DNA of 64,000 nucleotides from Rhodospirillales bacterium 70-18. GTDB taxonomy: Bacteria > Pseudomonadota > Alphaproteobacteria > Acetobacterales > Acetobacteraceae. Made by a program: the position numbers and the translations under genes. Below the pieces are notes generated by a model. That model worked only from the letters and a program-made list of their open reading frames with translations, was not told the origin of the DNA and searched no databases. The stretch is from contig MKWE01000021.1 of NCBI GenBank assembly GCA_001899585.1, positions 2,388-66,387 on the forward strand, written 5' to 3'. Position 1 is the first letter of the stretch. Every line of letters begins with the position of its first letter. Below are positions 10,360-19,957 of the stretch, piece by piece.

Positions 10360-11871
10360 TCAATTGGCCAGTTTGATGCCCTGGGGACGGATTAGCCCGT
10401 CCGGCACCGGGGTGAAGCCCGAGACCTTGGTGCTGGCCGCGAACAGCCAGGTCTGGTGGAACAGCACCATCATCGGCACGTCGTGCTGGAAGATGGCGTC
10501 GGCCTTGGCGTACAGGGCCTTGCGCTGGCCCATGTCGGTGACCGCGCGGGCCTGGGCCAGCAGGTCGTCGTATTGGGGGTTGTCGTAGTTGCCCCAGTTC
10601 AGGAAGCCTTTCTTGGACAGCCAGATCGACACGTTGCCGTCCGGATCGGCGCGGCCGCTCCAGATCACACCGAAGGCCTGGAAATCGCCCGACTTGGCGG
10701 CGGCGACGCCGGCATTGGCCTCCTCCACCCGCAATTTCACGTCGAACCCGGCCTCTCCGGCCATCGACTGGATCAGTTCGCCCACCTGCTTGGAGTCGGG
10801 CGAGTTGGCGACCAGCAGGCTGACCGGCACGCGCGTCTGGCCGGCTTCCTTCAGCAGCTTCCTGGCGCCTTCCAGGTCGCGCGGCGGAACCGGGAAGGCC
10901 GGGTCCCAATAGGGGGTGTGCGGCGCCTCGAACTGGTTGGAGGGGGTTTGCGCGCCGTCGAACACCACCTGGTTCAGCGCCGCGCGGTCGATCGACTTGG
11001 CGAACGCCTCGCGCACGCGGGCATCCTGGCCGAGCGGGGTCTGGGCGGCCGGGCCGTGGCCGACGTTGAACAGGATCGACTGGTAGGCCACGCCCGGCTG
11101 CGCATAGAGCTTCAGCTTGGGGTTCTTCTTCACCGCCGGCGCGTCGGTGGCGGCCATCCGCTCGATCAGGTCGAGCTGGCCGGATTCCAGGTTCACCAGC
11201 TTCACCGTGGTGTCGGGGATCGGCTGGTAGGTGATGCGGTCGAGGAAGATGTTCTTGGCGTCCCAGTAGCCGGGGAAGCGGTCGAGGGTGATGTGGTCCT
11301 GCGCCACCCGCTCGGTGAGCTTGAAGGGGCCGGCGCAGACCGGATGCTCGAACACCTTGTCGCCATACTGGGCCAGCGCCTTGGGCGAGAGCATCATGCC
11401 GGCGCGATCGGCCAGCACCGCCAGCAGCGGCGCGTCCGGGTGGGACAGGTGCAGCACCACGGTCAGCGGATCGACCACCTCCACCGACTTGACGGCGGCG
11501 ACCTCGCCCTTGCGCAGGCTGTAGGGGGCGGTGCGGTAGCGGTCGATGTTGACCTGCACCGCCCGCGCGTCCATCGGCTCGCCGTCCTGGAACTTCACGC
11601 CTGGGCGCAGGTGCATCGTCAGCGCCAGGTTGTCCTTGGACCATTCCCAGGAGGTGGCGAGCTGCGGCACGAAGGCCAGCTTCGCGTCGATATCGATCAG
11701 CTTGTCGCACATGGCGGCGAACACGATGCGTCCAACATAGGAGCCGGCGCGCGCCGGATCGAGCAAGTCGGGGTCCTCGTTCAGCCCGATCCGCAGCGTG
11801 CCGGCGGCGTGGGCGGCACCGGTGGCGAGCATCATGGCCAACGCGAAGCAGGCGGTGTGGACCTTGCGCAT
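10360..11871 (-). CDS. ABC transporter substrate-binding protein, family 5 (peptide/nickel type)
   Basis: Start reset to MRKVHTACFALAMMLATGAAHAAGTLRIGL (signal peptide) at 11871. The upstream 85 codons of the track ORF are Arg/Pro-rich non-coding-looking sequence. Confidence 0.88.
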   Translation of the reverse strand: MRKVHTACFALAMMLATGAAHAAGTLRIGLNEDPDLLDPARAGSYVGRIVFAAMCDKLIDIDAKLAFVPQLATSWEWSKDNLALTMHLRPGVKFQDGEPMDARAVQVNIDRYRTAPYSLRKGEVAAVKSVEVVDPLTVVLHLSHPDAPLLAVLADRAGMMLSPKALAQYGDKVFEHPVCAGPFKLTERVAQDHITLDRFPGYWDAKNIFLDRITYQPIPDTTVKLVNLESGQLDLIERMAATDAPAVKKNPKLKLYAQPGVAYQSILFNVGHGPAAQTPLGQDARVREAFAKSIDRAALNQVVFDGAQTPSNQFEAPHTPYWDPAFPVPPRDLEGARKLLKEAGQTRVPVSLLVANSPDSKQVGELIQSMAGEAGFDVKLRVEEANAGVAAAKSGDFQAFGVIWSGRADPDGNVSIWLSKKGFLNWGNYDNPQYDDLLAQARAVTDMGQRKALYAKADAIFQHDVPMMVLFHQTWLFAASTKVSGFTPVPDGLIRPQGIKLAN

Positions 11872-11937
11872 GCGGGGCTCCGTGCGGATGGAATGAACCG
11901 AGACCGATAGCCTGCACCGCCGCGCCGCCGGACCCAA

Positions 11938-11967
11938 GCCCAAAAATCTCGTGCCCAAAAATCTCGT
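11938..11967. repeat. perfect tandem duplication of a 15-bp unit (GCCCAAAAATCTCGT x2) in a divergent promoter region
   Basis: Read directly from the sequence. Lies 67-96 bp upstream of the SBP start and just upstream of the yaiI-like gene. Confidence 0.9.
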
Positions 11968-11975
11968 GCGGGGGC

Positions 11976-12479
11976 GTGGAATGCGGCAAACTGGCGCGGC
12001 AATGGCGGGAGCGCGCGCGGGTGACGGAGATCTATGTGGACGGCGATGCCTGCCCGGTGCGCGAGGAGGTGTATCGCGTGGCCGAGCGGCTGGGGCTGGT
12101 GGTGCATGTGGTCGCCAACGGCTCACGCCCGATCCGCCCGCCCGGCCGGCCGAACGTGCGCATGGTGACGGTGGCCGAAGGGGCCGACATCGCCGATGAC
12201 TGGATCGCCGAGCGGATCACGGCGGGGGATGTGTGCATCACCGCCGACATCCCGCTGGCCGCCCGCTGCCTGGCGCGCGGGGCGCGGGCACTGGCGCCGA
12301 ACGGCAAGATATGGACCGGCGACAATATCGGCAACGCGCTGGCCGGGCGCGAGATCGGCCGGCACCTGCGCGAAAGCGGCGTGGTGACCGGCGGGCCACG
12401 GCCACTGACCAAGGCAGACCGGTCGCAGTTCCTGTCGGCCCTGGATACGGCGGTGCGGGCGGCTCAGCGGGTGGGGTAG
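11976..12479 (+). CDS. YaiI/YqxD family protein (UPF0178/DUF188)
   Basis: ...IYVDGDACPVREEVYRVAERL...ADDWIAERITAGDVCITADIPLAARCLARGA.ALAPNG. The start is uncertain; an internal GTG near 12026 is possible. Confidence 0.8.
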   Translation: MECGKLARQWRERARVTEIYVDGDACPVREEVYRVAERLGLVVHVVANGSRPIRPPGRPNVRMVTVAEGADIADDWIAERITAGDVCITADIPLAARCLARGARALAPNGKIWTGDNIGNALAGREIGRHLRESGVVTGGPRPLTKADRSQFLSALDTAVRAAQRVG

Positions 12480-12616
12480 GCGAGGAAGCGGTTCTTTTTT
12501 GGAAAAAAGAACCAAAAAACCTCTATTCGCTGGAGTCTCTCCGGACAGCATCAGGTGCCCAGCGAACAAAGTTTTTTTGCTTCTTTTTGTTCACAAAAAG
12601 AAGCCTTCCCTACCCT
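12473..12616. repeat. MITE-like intergenic repeat, copy C (plus an extra AT-rich palindrome at 12490..12513)
   Basis: Shares the identical 42-bp core (12568..12609) with copy B. Termini GGGTAGGCGAGGAAGC / GCCTTCCCTACCC are inverted. It fills the whole yaiI-to-cysK spacer. Confidence 0.7.
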
Positions 12617-13582
12617 TCACATCCCCGCAAACAACGCCGTGGACAGATAGCGTTCCGCGAAGGACGGCGCGATTGCCACGATCAGTTTGCCGGCGTTTTC
12701 CGGTTCCTGTGCCAGTCCCAGGGCGGCGTGCAGGGCGGCGCCGGAGGAGATGCCGATGGGCAGGCCTTCCAGTTGGGCGCAGCGGCGGGCGGCGGCGATG
12801 GCTTCGCGTTCGCTGACGCGCAGCACGCCGGCCATCAGCCCCATGTCGAGCACGCTGGGTTGGAAGCCCGGGCCGATGCCTTGCAGGCCGTGCGGGCCTG
12901 GTTCGTCGCCGGAGAGGACGGCGCTTTCGGAGGGTTCCACCACGAACACCTGCAGGCCGGGGCGGCGCGGGTGCAGCGCGCGGGCGATGCCGGTGAGGGT
13001 GCCGCCGGTGCCGGCGCCGCCCACCACGATGTCTACCAGGCCGGCCGTGTCGGTCCAGATTTCCTCGGCGGTGGTGGCGGCGTGGATGGCGGGGTTGGCC
13101 GGGTTGTCGAACTGGCGGGGCATCCAGGCGTGCGGGGTGGCGGCCAGGATTGCCTCGGCGCGGGAGATGGCGCCGGCCATGCCCTGGCGGGCGGGGGTGA
13201 GCTGCACCTCGGCGCCCATCAGCCGCAGCATCTTGCGCCGCTCGACCGAGGCGCCCTCGGGCATGCAGACGATGAGGCGGTAGCCGCGCGCGGCGGCGAC
13301 GAAGCCGAGCGCGATGCCGGTGTTGCCGGAGGTGGGTTCCACCAGCACCGAATGGCCGGGGCGGATCAGGCCCTCGGCCTCGGCGGCGTCGATCATGGCC
13401 AGGCCGATGCGGTCCTTGACCGAGCCGAGCGGATTGAAAAATTCCAGCTTCAGCGCCAAGTCGGCCACGGGTCGATCCGCGGCCGCAATGCGTGGCAGCC
13501 GGACCAGGGGCGTGGCGCCGATCGTGTCCAGCACGCTGTCGTAGATGCGCCCGCGTGCCGGCGGCTCGGGTAGGTGTTTCAT
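12617..13582 (-). CDS. cysK: cysteine synthase A (O-acetylserine sulfhydrylase)
   Basis: 321 aa. ...LKLEFFNPLGSVKDRIG...EPTSGNTGIALGFVAAARGY...GTGGTLTG is the PLP fold-type II CysK pattern. Confidence 0.92.
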   Translation of the reverse strand: MKHLPEPPARGRIYDSVLDTIGATPLVRLPRIAAADRPVADLALKLEFFNPLGSVKDRIGLAMIDAAEAEGLIRPGHSVLVEPTSGNTGIALGFVAAARGYRLIVCMPEGASVERRKMLRLMGAEVQLTPARQGMAGAISRAEAILAATPHAWMPRQFDNPANPAIHAATTAEEIWTDTAGLVDIVVGGAGTGGTLTGIARALHPRRPGLQVFVVEPSESAVLSGDEPGPHGLQGIGPGFQPSVLDMGLMAGVLRVSEREAIAAARRCAQLEGLPIGISSGAALHAALGLAQEPENAGKLIVAIAPSFAERYLSTALFAGM

Positions 13583-13670
13583 GGCGGTGGTTTATCACAT
13601 CGCGAGATCGTGGTTTAGTGCCCCCTTGGCACATCCGTCGGGCAGGCGCGCGGATGGCGGGGGAAACGCG

Positions 13671-14135
13671 ATGCTGATCCGCAGGGACCGGGTGATGGTG
13701 GCGGTGACGGTGATGCTGGACATCGCCTTTCATGGCGGGCGGACCGCCACGGTCAGCGCCGCGGACATCGCCGAGCGGCTGGGCCAGGCGCGGCGCGGCA
13801 TGGAGCCGCTGTTGCAGGCGCTGTCGCGCGCCGGGCTGCTGGACAGCGTGCGCGGGCCGCGTGGCGGCTATCGGCTGGGCAGGCCGCGACGGGACATCCA
13901 TCTTTCTGATATCGTGTCGGCGGTGGCCGGCGACGACGGCGAGGCTTCGCCCGAGGCGCCGGCCGCCTCGCCGCCCGGCTCGCTCCAGGCAGCGGTGACG
14001 GACCGGCTGTGGGACGAGCTGGAGGCCGCCGCCCAGGCGCGGCTGGCGGCGCTGACATTGGACGACCTGTTGCGCCGCGCCCAGGCCGCCGGGATGCGCC
14101 GGCCCGCCACCGAGCCCATCAGCTTCACCATCTGA
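13671..14135 (+). CDS. Rrf2 family transcriptional regulator (no Cys ligands; CymR-like rather than IscR/NsrR-like)
   Basis: Start reset to MLIRRDRVMVAVTVMLDIAFHG... at 13671. wHTH ...SAADIAERLGQARRGMEPLLQALSRAGLLDSVRGPRGGYRL. The protein contains no cysteine. Confidence 0.85.
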   Translation: MLIRRDRVMVAVTVMLDIAFHGGRTATVSAADIAERLGQARRGMEPLLQALSRAGLLDSVRGPRGGYRLGRPRRDIHLSDIVSAVAGDDGEASPEAPAASPPGSLQAAVTDRLWDELEAAAQARLAALTLDDLLRRAQAAGMRRPATEPISFTI

Positions 14136-14155
14136 ACCCAGACAGGAACATCGCC

Positions 14156-14797
14156 ATGACCATCCAGCTTGGCCAGATCGCCCCCGACTTCCAGCAGGAC
14201 AGCAGCACCGGCCCGATCAGCTTCCATGCCTGGCTCGGCACTTCCTGGGGCATTCTGTTCAGCCACCCCAGGGACTACACGCCGGTGTGCACCACCGAAC
14301 TGGCCGAGGCGGCGCGGCTGAAGCCGGAATGGGACAAGCGCAATGTGAAGGTGCTCGGCCTGTCGGTCGATTCGGCCGAGAGCCACCGCGCCTGGGACAA
14401 GGACATCGAGGAGACGCAGCACCAGGTGATGAACTTCCCGGTGCTGGCCGATGCCGACCGCAAGGTGTCCACGCTGTACGGCATGGTGCATCCGCTGGCC
14501 GACCCCACCATCACGGTGCGAAGCGTGTTCATCATCGACCCGAACAAGAAGGTGCGGCTGATCATGACCTACCCGCCCAGCACCGGGCGCAACTTCGCCG
14601 AGATTTTGCGGGTGGTGGACAGCCTGCAACTGACCGACGCCAACAAGGTGGCGACCCCGGTGAACTGGACCGACGGGCAGGACGTGATCATCTCGCCGAG
14701 CCTGTCGGACGCCGATGCCAAGGCGCGCTTCCCCAATGGCTGGAAGACGTTGAAGCCGTATCTTCGGATGGTGGCGCAGCCGCCGCTGCCGCGCTGA
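14156..14797 (+). CDS. 1-Cys peroxiredoxin (Prx6-like)
   Basis: MTIQLGQIAPDF...WGILFSHPRDYTPVCTTELA...; start at the ATG at 14156, 21 nt after the Rrf2 stop. Confidence 0.9.
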   Translation: MTIQLGQIAPDFQQDSSTGPISFHAWLGTSWGILFSHPRDYTPVCTTELAEAARLKPEWDKRNVKVLGLSVDSAESHRAWDKDIEETQHQVMNFPVLADADRKVSTLYGMVHPLADPTITVRSVFIIDPNKKVRLIMTYPPSTGRNFAEILRVVDSLQLTDANKVATPVNWTDGQDVIISPSLSDADAKARFPNGWKTLKPYLRMVAQPPLPR

Positions 14798-14871
14798 ACG
14801 GCCGAGGCCAGTGCGCTGACCCATTCGGACGATTCAGCCAACCGGCTGAAATGCCCGCTGGCATCGGACCA

Positions 14872-15096
14872 CTAGGCGCCGGCCGCCAGCGCCACGACGG
14901 TGGTGGCCAGGATGGCGGCGCAGGCCCAGGCGGCTTCGCGCGGCGTGAGCAGGGGGGCGTCCGGGTGGGTCCGGGCGCCCTCGTCGCGTGGGGCGCGGGC
15001 CAAGCCGGGGAGATTGTCGGCGAACGGGGCGGCGGAGACGGCGTGGTCGCCAAAGAATTCCCAATCCTGGCGGCCGCCGTTCTGGTGCGCGTTCAT
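14872..15096 (-). CDS. hypothetical small protein (74 aa) with a C-terminal hydrophobic segment
   Basis: AAGGAG 8 nt upstream of the ATG, high G/C at third codon positions, and C-terminal AAWACAAILATTVVALAAGA. No recognisable family. Confidence 0.45.
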   Translation of the reverse strand: MNAHQNGGRQDWEFFGDHAVSAAPFADNLPGLARAPRDEGARTHPDAPLLTPREAAWACAAILATTVVALAAGA

Positions 15097-15248
15097 GTGT
15101 GGAACTCCTTATTCCACGCTCAATGTGGAGCATTATCCGCCGATATTCAACTGGCGTGATTCGTGAATATTGCTTCCGTGATGGTTATGTGGCATAACCA
15201 ATCCGCCGGCGCCTCGACATCCTGCCCGACCTATCCGGATGGCCCGCG

Positions 15249-15277
15249 CTGTCACGGAAGCTTCATCGAACTGCAAT
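15249..15277 (+). promoter_or_regulatory. Pho-box array (PhoB binding sites) upstream of pstS
   Basis: CTGTCAC-GGAA-GCTTCAT-CGAA-CTGCAAT: 7-nt direct repeats with 11-bp periodicity at 15249, 15260 and 15271. Lies 58-86 bp upstream of the pstS ATG. Matches the CTGTCAT-N4-CTGTCAT consensus type. Confidence 0.65.
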
Positions 15278-15334
15278 CTTGGCGTCTTCATGCCTGCGTA
15301 GGGTCCGCCCCGCACGAGACCCCGAGGAGAGCAC

Positions 15335-16357
15335 ATGAAATTCGTCCCCACCGCGCTGGCCATCACCCTGGCCGGCTTCACCGCCTTCACCGCCCCCGCC
15401 GCGCAGGCGCAGCAGATCACCGGCGCCGGCTCCACCTTCGGCGCGCCGATCTACGGCAAGTGGGGCGAGGGCGCGAAGGCCGCCATCGGCATCACCCTGA
15501 ACTACCAGGCGATCGGCTCGGGTGCGGGCATCAACCAGATCAACAACCGCACCGTTGATTTCGGCGCCTCCGACATGCCGGTGGCCGCCGACCAGCTGGC
15601 CACGCACAAGCTGATGCAGTTCCCGACCGTGATCGGCGGCGTGGTGGTGATCGTCAACATCCCCGGCGTGGAAGCCGACAAGCTGAAGCTGACCGGCGAG
15701 CTGCTGGCCGACATCTACCTGGGCAAGATCACCAAGTGGAACGACGCCAAGCTGGTGGCGCTGAACCCTGGCGTGAAGCTGCCGAACCTGGCGATCGCGC
15801 CGGTCTACCGCGCCGACGGCTCGGGCACGACCTTCGTGTTCACCGACTACCTGTCGATGCTGAGCGCCGAGTGGAAGTCCAAGGTGGGCTCCTCCACCAG
15901 CGTGAAGTGGGCGGCCGGCAACGGCGCCAAGGGCAGCGACGGCGTGTCGGCCACCGTGAAGCAGGTGCGCGGCGGCATCGGCTATGTCGAGAGCGCCTAT
16001 GCGACGCAGAACAAGCTGACCACCACGCTGCTGCGCAACAAGTCGGGCGCGTTCGTGGCGCCGTCGATGGAAGCCTATGCGGCGGCGGCGTCCAATGCCG
16101 ACTGGAGCAAGGTCAAGAACTTCGCCATCGACCTGAACGACCAGCCGGGCGCCAAGAGCTGGCCGATCGAGTCGGCCACCTTCGTGCTGCTGCCGACCGA
16201 CCCGAAGGACGCGGCGCAGAGCGCGGCCGTGCGCAAGTTCTTCGACTGGGGTTTCGCCCACGGCAACGACATGGCGACGCAACTGCTGTATGTGCCGCTG
16301 CCGAAGGCGGTGCAGGACGCGGTGCGCGCCGCCTGGGCCGCCGACTTCAAGGGCTGA
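15335..16357 (+). CDS. pstS: phosphate ABC transporter substrate-binding protein
   Basis: 340 aa. Signal peptide, then ITGAGSTFGAPIYGKW...YQAIGSGAGI...ASD. Confidence 0.93.
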   Translation: MKFVPTALAITLAGFTAFTAPAAQAQQITGAGSTFGAPIYGKWGEGAKAAIGITLNYQAIGSGAGINQINNRTVDFGASDMPVAADQLATHKLMQFPTVIGGVVVIVNIPGVEADKLKLTGELLADIYLGKITKWNDAKLVALNPGVKLPNLAIAPVYRADGSGTTFVFTDYLSMLSAEWKSKVGSSTSVKWAAGNGAKGSDGVSATVKQVRGGIGYVESAYATQNKLTTTLLRNKSGAFVAPSMEAYAAAASNADWSKVKNFAIDLNDQPGAKSWPIESATFVLLPTDPKDAAQSAAVRKFFDWGFAHGNDMATQLLYVPLPKAVQDAVRAAWAADFKG

Positions 16358-16379
16358 GCCTCGCCACGCCACTGTGAAA

Positions 16380-16404
16380 GGGGGCGCCCGGGCTGGGCGC
16401 CCCC
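16380..16404 (+). other. GC-rich intercistronic stem-loop between pstS and pstC
   Basis: GGGGGCGCCC-GGGCT-GGGCGCCCCC with no T-tract. Likely an mRNA-stabilising or attenuating hairpin that uncouples pstS from pstCAB levels. Confidence 0.5.
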
Positions 16405-16460
16405 TCGACACGCCTGCCCCGACGTGCCTGGGCTGTCGTTTTGCCTGACCCGCCATCTTG

Positions 16461-17456
16461 ATGGATGATCCAACGGTGTCCTCGACCGCCGCCCCGCCGC
16501 TCACCGGCGCCCGCAAGATGCCCCTCCGCCGCGCCGGCAGCGGAGCCGTTGGCGACCGCGTTTTCGCGGCGCTGGCCTATGCCGCCGGCATGCTGGTGCT
16601 GGTGCTGCTGGGCGGCATTATCCTCTCCCTGCTGATCGGCGGGCTGCCGGCCTTCCGCGCCTTCGGGCCGCATTTCCTGGTGGATGCCAACTGGGACCCG
16701 GTGCAGCAGCAATACGGTGCGGCGGTGCCGATCTATGGCACGCTGATCACCTCGGTGCTGGCGCTGCTGATCGCGGTGCCGCTGGCCTTCGGCATCGCCT
16801 TCTGGCTGACCGAGCTGGCGCCGGCCTGGCTGCGCCGCCCGGTTGGCACCGCGGTGGAACTGCTGGCGGCGGTACCCTCCATCATTTACGGCATGTGGGG
16901 GTTCTTCATGATCGTGCCCTTCATGTCGAGCTACGTGCAGCCCTTCGTGATCGACGGGCTGGCCGACGTGCCGGTGTTGAGCGACCTGTTCCAGGGCCCG
17001 CCCTTCGGCACCGGCATCGCCACCGCGGCGCTGATCCTGGCGGTGATGGTCATCCCGTTCATCGCGGCGACCATGCGCGACGTGTTCCAGACGGTGCCGG
17101 CGGTGTTCAAGGAATCGGCCTACGGCGTGGGCTGCACCACCTGGGAGGTGATGCGCTCGATCGTCATCCCCTATACCCGCGTGTCGGTGATGGGCGGCAT
17201 CATGCTGGGACTGGGGCGGGCGCTGGGCGAGACGATGGCGGTGACCTTCGTGATCGGCAACACCAACCGCATCTCCCCCAGCCTGTTCGGGCCGGGCAAC
17301 ACCATCGCCTCGCTGGTGGCGCTGGAATTTCCGGAGAGCCCGGCGGGCAGCCTGAAGCTGGCCTCGCTGCTGGCGCTGGGGTTCATCCTGTTCGTGATCT
17401 CGTTTATCGTGCTGGCGATCTCGCGGCTGCTGCTGCGCCCGAGGGCCGGGGCATGA
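16461..17456 (+). CDS. pstC: phosphate ABC transporter permease PstC
   Basis: Multi-pass permease with the EAA-type loop ...[20 protein letters not shown]... The track start at 16458 is TTG; the ATG is at 16461. Confidence 0.9.
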   Translation: MDDPTVSSTAAPPLTGARKMPLRRAGSGAVGDRVFAALAYAAGMLVLVLLGGIILSLLIGGLPAFRAFGPHFLVDANWDPVQQQYGAAVPIYGTLITSVLALLIAVPLAFGIAFWLTELAPAWLRRPVGTAVELLAAVPSIIYGMWGFFMIVPFMSSYVQPFVIDGLADVPVLSDLFQGPPFGTGIATAALILAVMVIPFIAATMRDVFQTVPAVFKESAYGVGCTTWEVMRSIVIPYTRVSVMGGIMLGLGRALGETMAVTFVIGNTNRISPSLFGPGNTIASLVALEFPESPAGSLKLASLLALGFILFVISFIVLAISRLLLRPRAGA

Positions 17457-18349
17457 GCGCCTCCACGGTTAACCCCGTTGGCAGCCGGGGTCCGGCACGC
17501 GACCCGCGGGTGGCGGCGATGCTGTCGCGCCGGCGGCAGCGGCGCAACATGGTGGCGGCCGGGCTGTGCATGGCGGCCACCACGGTCGGGCTGGCGCTGC
17601 TGGCGCTGATCCTGGCGACGCTGCTGTGGCTGGGCGCCGGGGGCGTGCACTGGTCGGTGTTCGCGCATTCGACGCGCCCGCCAGGCTCCGGCGGCGGGCT
17701 GCTGAACGCCATCGTCGGCAGCCTGATCCAGACCGGGCTGGGGACGGTGATCGGCACGCCGATCGGGTTGCTGGTGGGCACCTACCTGTCGGAATACGCC
17801 GGGAACTCTCGGCTGGGCGGCGCTGTGCGCTTCGTGTCCGACGTGCTGCTGTCGGCACCTTCGATCCTGATCGGGCTGTTCGTCTATGCTGTGCTGGTCA
17901 ACCCGTTCAACGGCTTCTCCGGCATCGCCGGCTCGGTGGCGCTGGCGGTGATCGTGATCCCGATCGTGGTGCGCACCACCGAGGACATGCTGCGGCTGAT
18001 CCCGGTGTCGTTGCGCGAGGCGGCGGTGGCGCTGGGGGCGCCGAAGTGGAAGTCGATCGTGTTCGTCTGCTACCGGGCGGCGCTGGACGGCATCGCCACC
18101 GGAGTGCTGCTGGCGATCGCGCGGGTGGCCGGCGAGACGGCGCCGCTGCTGTTCACCTCGCTTGGCAACCTTAACTGGTCCACCAGCCTGACCCAGCCGA
18201 TGGCGAGCCTGCCGGTGACCATCTACCAGTATGCCGGCTCGGCGTTCGACGACTGGGTGCAGCTTGCCTGGGTCGGCGCGCTGCTGATTACCTTCGGGGT
18301 GCTGGCGCTGAACATCCTCGCCCGCGTCGTCCTGCGGCCCCGCGTGTGA
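17453..18349 (+). CDS. pstA: phosphate ABC transporter permease PstA
   Basis: ATGA overlap with pstC. ...[23 protein letters not shown]...; C-terminal part of track ORF 16895..18349. Confidence 0.9.
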   Translation: MSASTVNPVGSRGPARDPRVAAMLSRRRQRRNMVAAGLCMAATTVGLALLALILATLLWLGAGGVHWSVFAHSTRPPGSGGGLLNAIVGSLIQTGLGTVIGTPIGLLVGTYLSEYAGNSRLGGAVRFVSDVLLSAPSILIGLFVYAVLVNPFNGFSGIAGSVALAVIVIPIVVRTTEDMLRLIPVSLREAAVALGAPKWKSIVFVCYRAALDGIATGVLLAIARVAGETAPLLFTSLGNLNWSTSLTQPMASLPVTIYQYAGSAFDDWVQLAWVGALLITFGVLALNILARVVLRPRV

Positions 18350-18363
18350 ACGGAGCGGAAGCA

Positions 18364-19179
18364 ATGAGCAGCACCATGAACGAGACCAGTGCCCGGATGC
18401 CGGAAGTGGACGCCGCCGTGGCCGACCGCGCGCGCATCTCCATCCGCAACCTCGATTTTTTCTACGGCTCCAACCGGGCGCTGAAGTCGATCTTCCTGGA
18501 CCTGCCGGAAGGCAAGGTGACCGGCATGATCGGCCCCTCCGGCTGCGGCAAGTCCACGCTGCTGCGCGTGCTGAACCGGATGTACGACCTGTATCCCGGC
18601 CAGCGTGCAACCGGCGAGGTGCTGCTGGATGGGGAGAATGTCATCGCGCCGGGCATCGACCTCAACCAGCTGCGCAGCCGTATCGGCATGGTGTTCCAGA
18701 AGCCGACGCCCTTCCCGATGAGCATCTACGAGAACATCAGCTTCGGCGTGAAGCTGCATGAGCGGCTGTCCAAATCGGCGATGGACGAGCGGGTGGAATG
18801 GTCGCTGACCCGCGCCGCGCTGTGGGACGAGGTGAAGGACCGGCTCAACACCTCGGCGGGCGGCCTGTCCGGCGGCCAGCAGCAGCGGCTGTGCATCGCG
18901 CGCACCATCGCCGTCCGCCCCGAGGTGATCCTGCTCGACGAGCCTACCAGCGCGCTGGACCCGATCAGCACGCTGAAGATCGAGGAGCTGATCGACGAGC
19001 TGAAGCGCGACTTCACCATCGTGATCGTCACCCACAACATGCAGCAGGCGGCGCGCATCGCCGACCAGGTGGCCTTCTTCTATCTGGGCGAGATGGTGGA
19101 GGTCGGCGCTGCGGCGCAGATGTTCACCGCGCCCAGCGAGCGCCGCACCCAGGAATACATCACCGGCCGGTTCGGCTGA
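18364..19179 (+). CDS. pstB: phosphate ABC transporter ATP-binding protein
   Basis: Walker [10 protein letters not shown], signature [13 protein letters not shown], Walker [15 protein letters not shown] at 18364 preceded by GGAG; the track start at 18346 is GTG. Confidence 0.92.
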   Translation: MSSTMNETSARMPEVDAAVADRARISIRNLDFFYGSNRALKSIFLDLPEGKVTGMIGPSGCGKSTLLRVLNRMYDLYPGQRATGEVLLDGENVIAPGIDLNQLRSRIGMVFQKPTPFPMSIYENISFGVKLHERLSKSAMDERVEWSLTRAALWDEVKDRLNTSAGGLSGGQQQRLCIARTIAVRPEVILLDEPTSALDPISTLKIEELIDELKRDFTIVIVTHNMQQAARIADQVAFFYLGEMVEVGAAAQMFTAPSERRTQEYITGRFG

Positions 19180-19191
19180 ACGGAACCTCCC

Positions 19192-19908
19192 ATGCCCGAG
19201 CACATCGTCAAATCCTACGAGCAGGAACTCAAGCGGCTGTCGGCGCTGATCACCGGCATGGGCGGCATGGTGGAGGCCCAGGTGGCCGCCGCCTGCGAGG
19301 CGATCCTGCACAAGGACGGCGAGGCGGCCAACCGCGCCATCGAGTCCGACCCCAAGGTGGACGCCATGGAGCGCGAGGTGGAGCAGGACGTCATCCGCCT
19401 GCTGGCGCTGCGCCAGCCCATGGCCCAGGACCTGCGCCACATCGTCGCCGGCCTGAAGATCACCGGCGACATGGAGCGCATCGGCGACTACGCCGCCAAT
19501 GTGGCCAAGCGCAGCATCGTGCTGACGCAGTTCAACCTGCCCTTCGCGCTGTCCGGCCTGTCGCACATGGCGCGGCTGGTGCAGGAGAACCTGAAGCTGA
19601 TCGTCGATGCATTCGGCGAGTCGGACACCGACAAGGCGCTGCTGGTCTGGCGCTCGGACGAGGCGATCGACGAGATCTATAACGCCTTGTTCCGCGAGTT
19701 GATCACCTATATGATGGAAGACCCGCGCTACATCACGCCGTGCACGCACCTGCTGTTCATCGCCAAGAACCTGGAGCGCATCGGCGACCACGCCACCAAC
19801 ATCGCCGAGACCATCTACTACGCCGTGCGCGGCATCCCGCTGACCGATGCGCGCCCCAAGGGTGACGTGTCCGCCTATGCGGTGGTGCGCCCGGCGGACG
19901 ACCAGTAA
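19192..19908 (+). CDS. phoU: phosphate signalling complex protein PhoU
   Basis: 238 aa with a duplicated PhoU repeat (...MERIGDYAANVAKR... and ...LERIGDHATNIAE...). Confidence 0.93.
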   Translation: MPEHIVKSYEQELKRLSALITGMGGMVEAQVAAACEAILHKDGEAANRAIESDPKVDAMEREVEQDVIRLLALRQPMAQDLRHIVAGLKITGDMERIGDYAANVAKRSIVLTQFNLPFALSGLSHMARLVQENLKLIVDAFGESDTDKALLVWRSDEAIDEIYNALFRELITYMMEDPRYITPCTHLLFIAKNLERIGDHATNIAETIYYAVRGIPLTDARPKGDVSAYAVVRPADDQ

Positions 19909-19957
19909 GGCCGCCCGCATGATCTCCCCCCGCCCGCACGAAGACCGCGACCCGCGC

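Noticed and set aside
13587-13617. The direct repeat GTGGTTTA-N15-GTGGTTTA as a confident operator
   Set aside because: It lies only 5-35 nt from the cysK start, within the leader, and is a short 8-mer pair. It is mentioned only as a lead within the Rrf2 finding.
16380-16404. The pstS-pstC hairpin, and similar GC hairpins at 37212..37232 and 52844..52876, as intrinsic terminators
   Set aside because: No U-tract follows them. They are annotated at most as stem-loops or weak terminator candidates.
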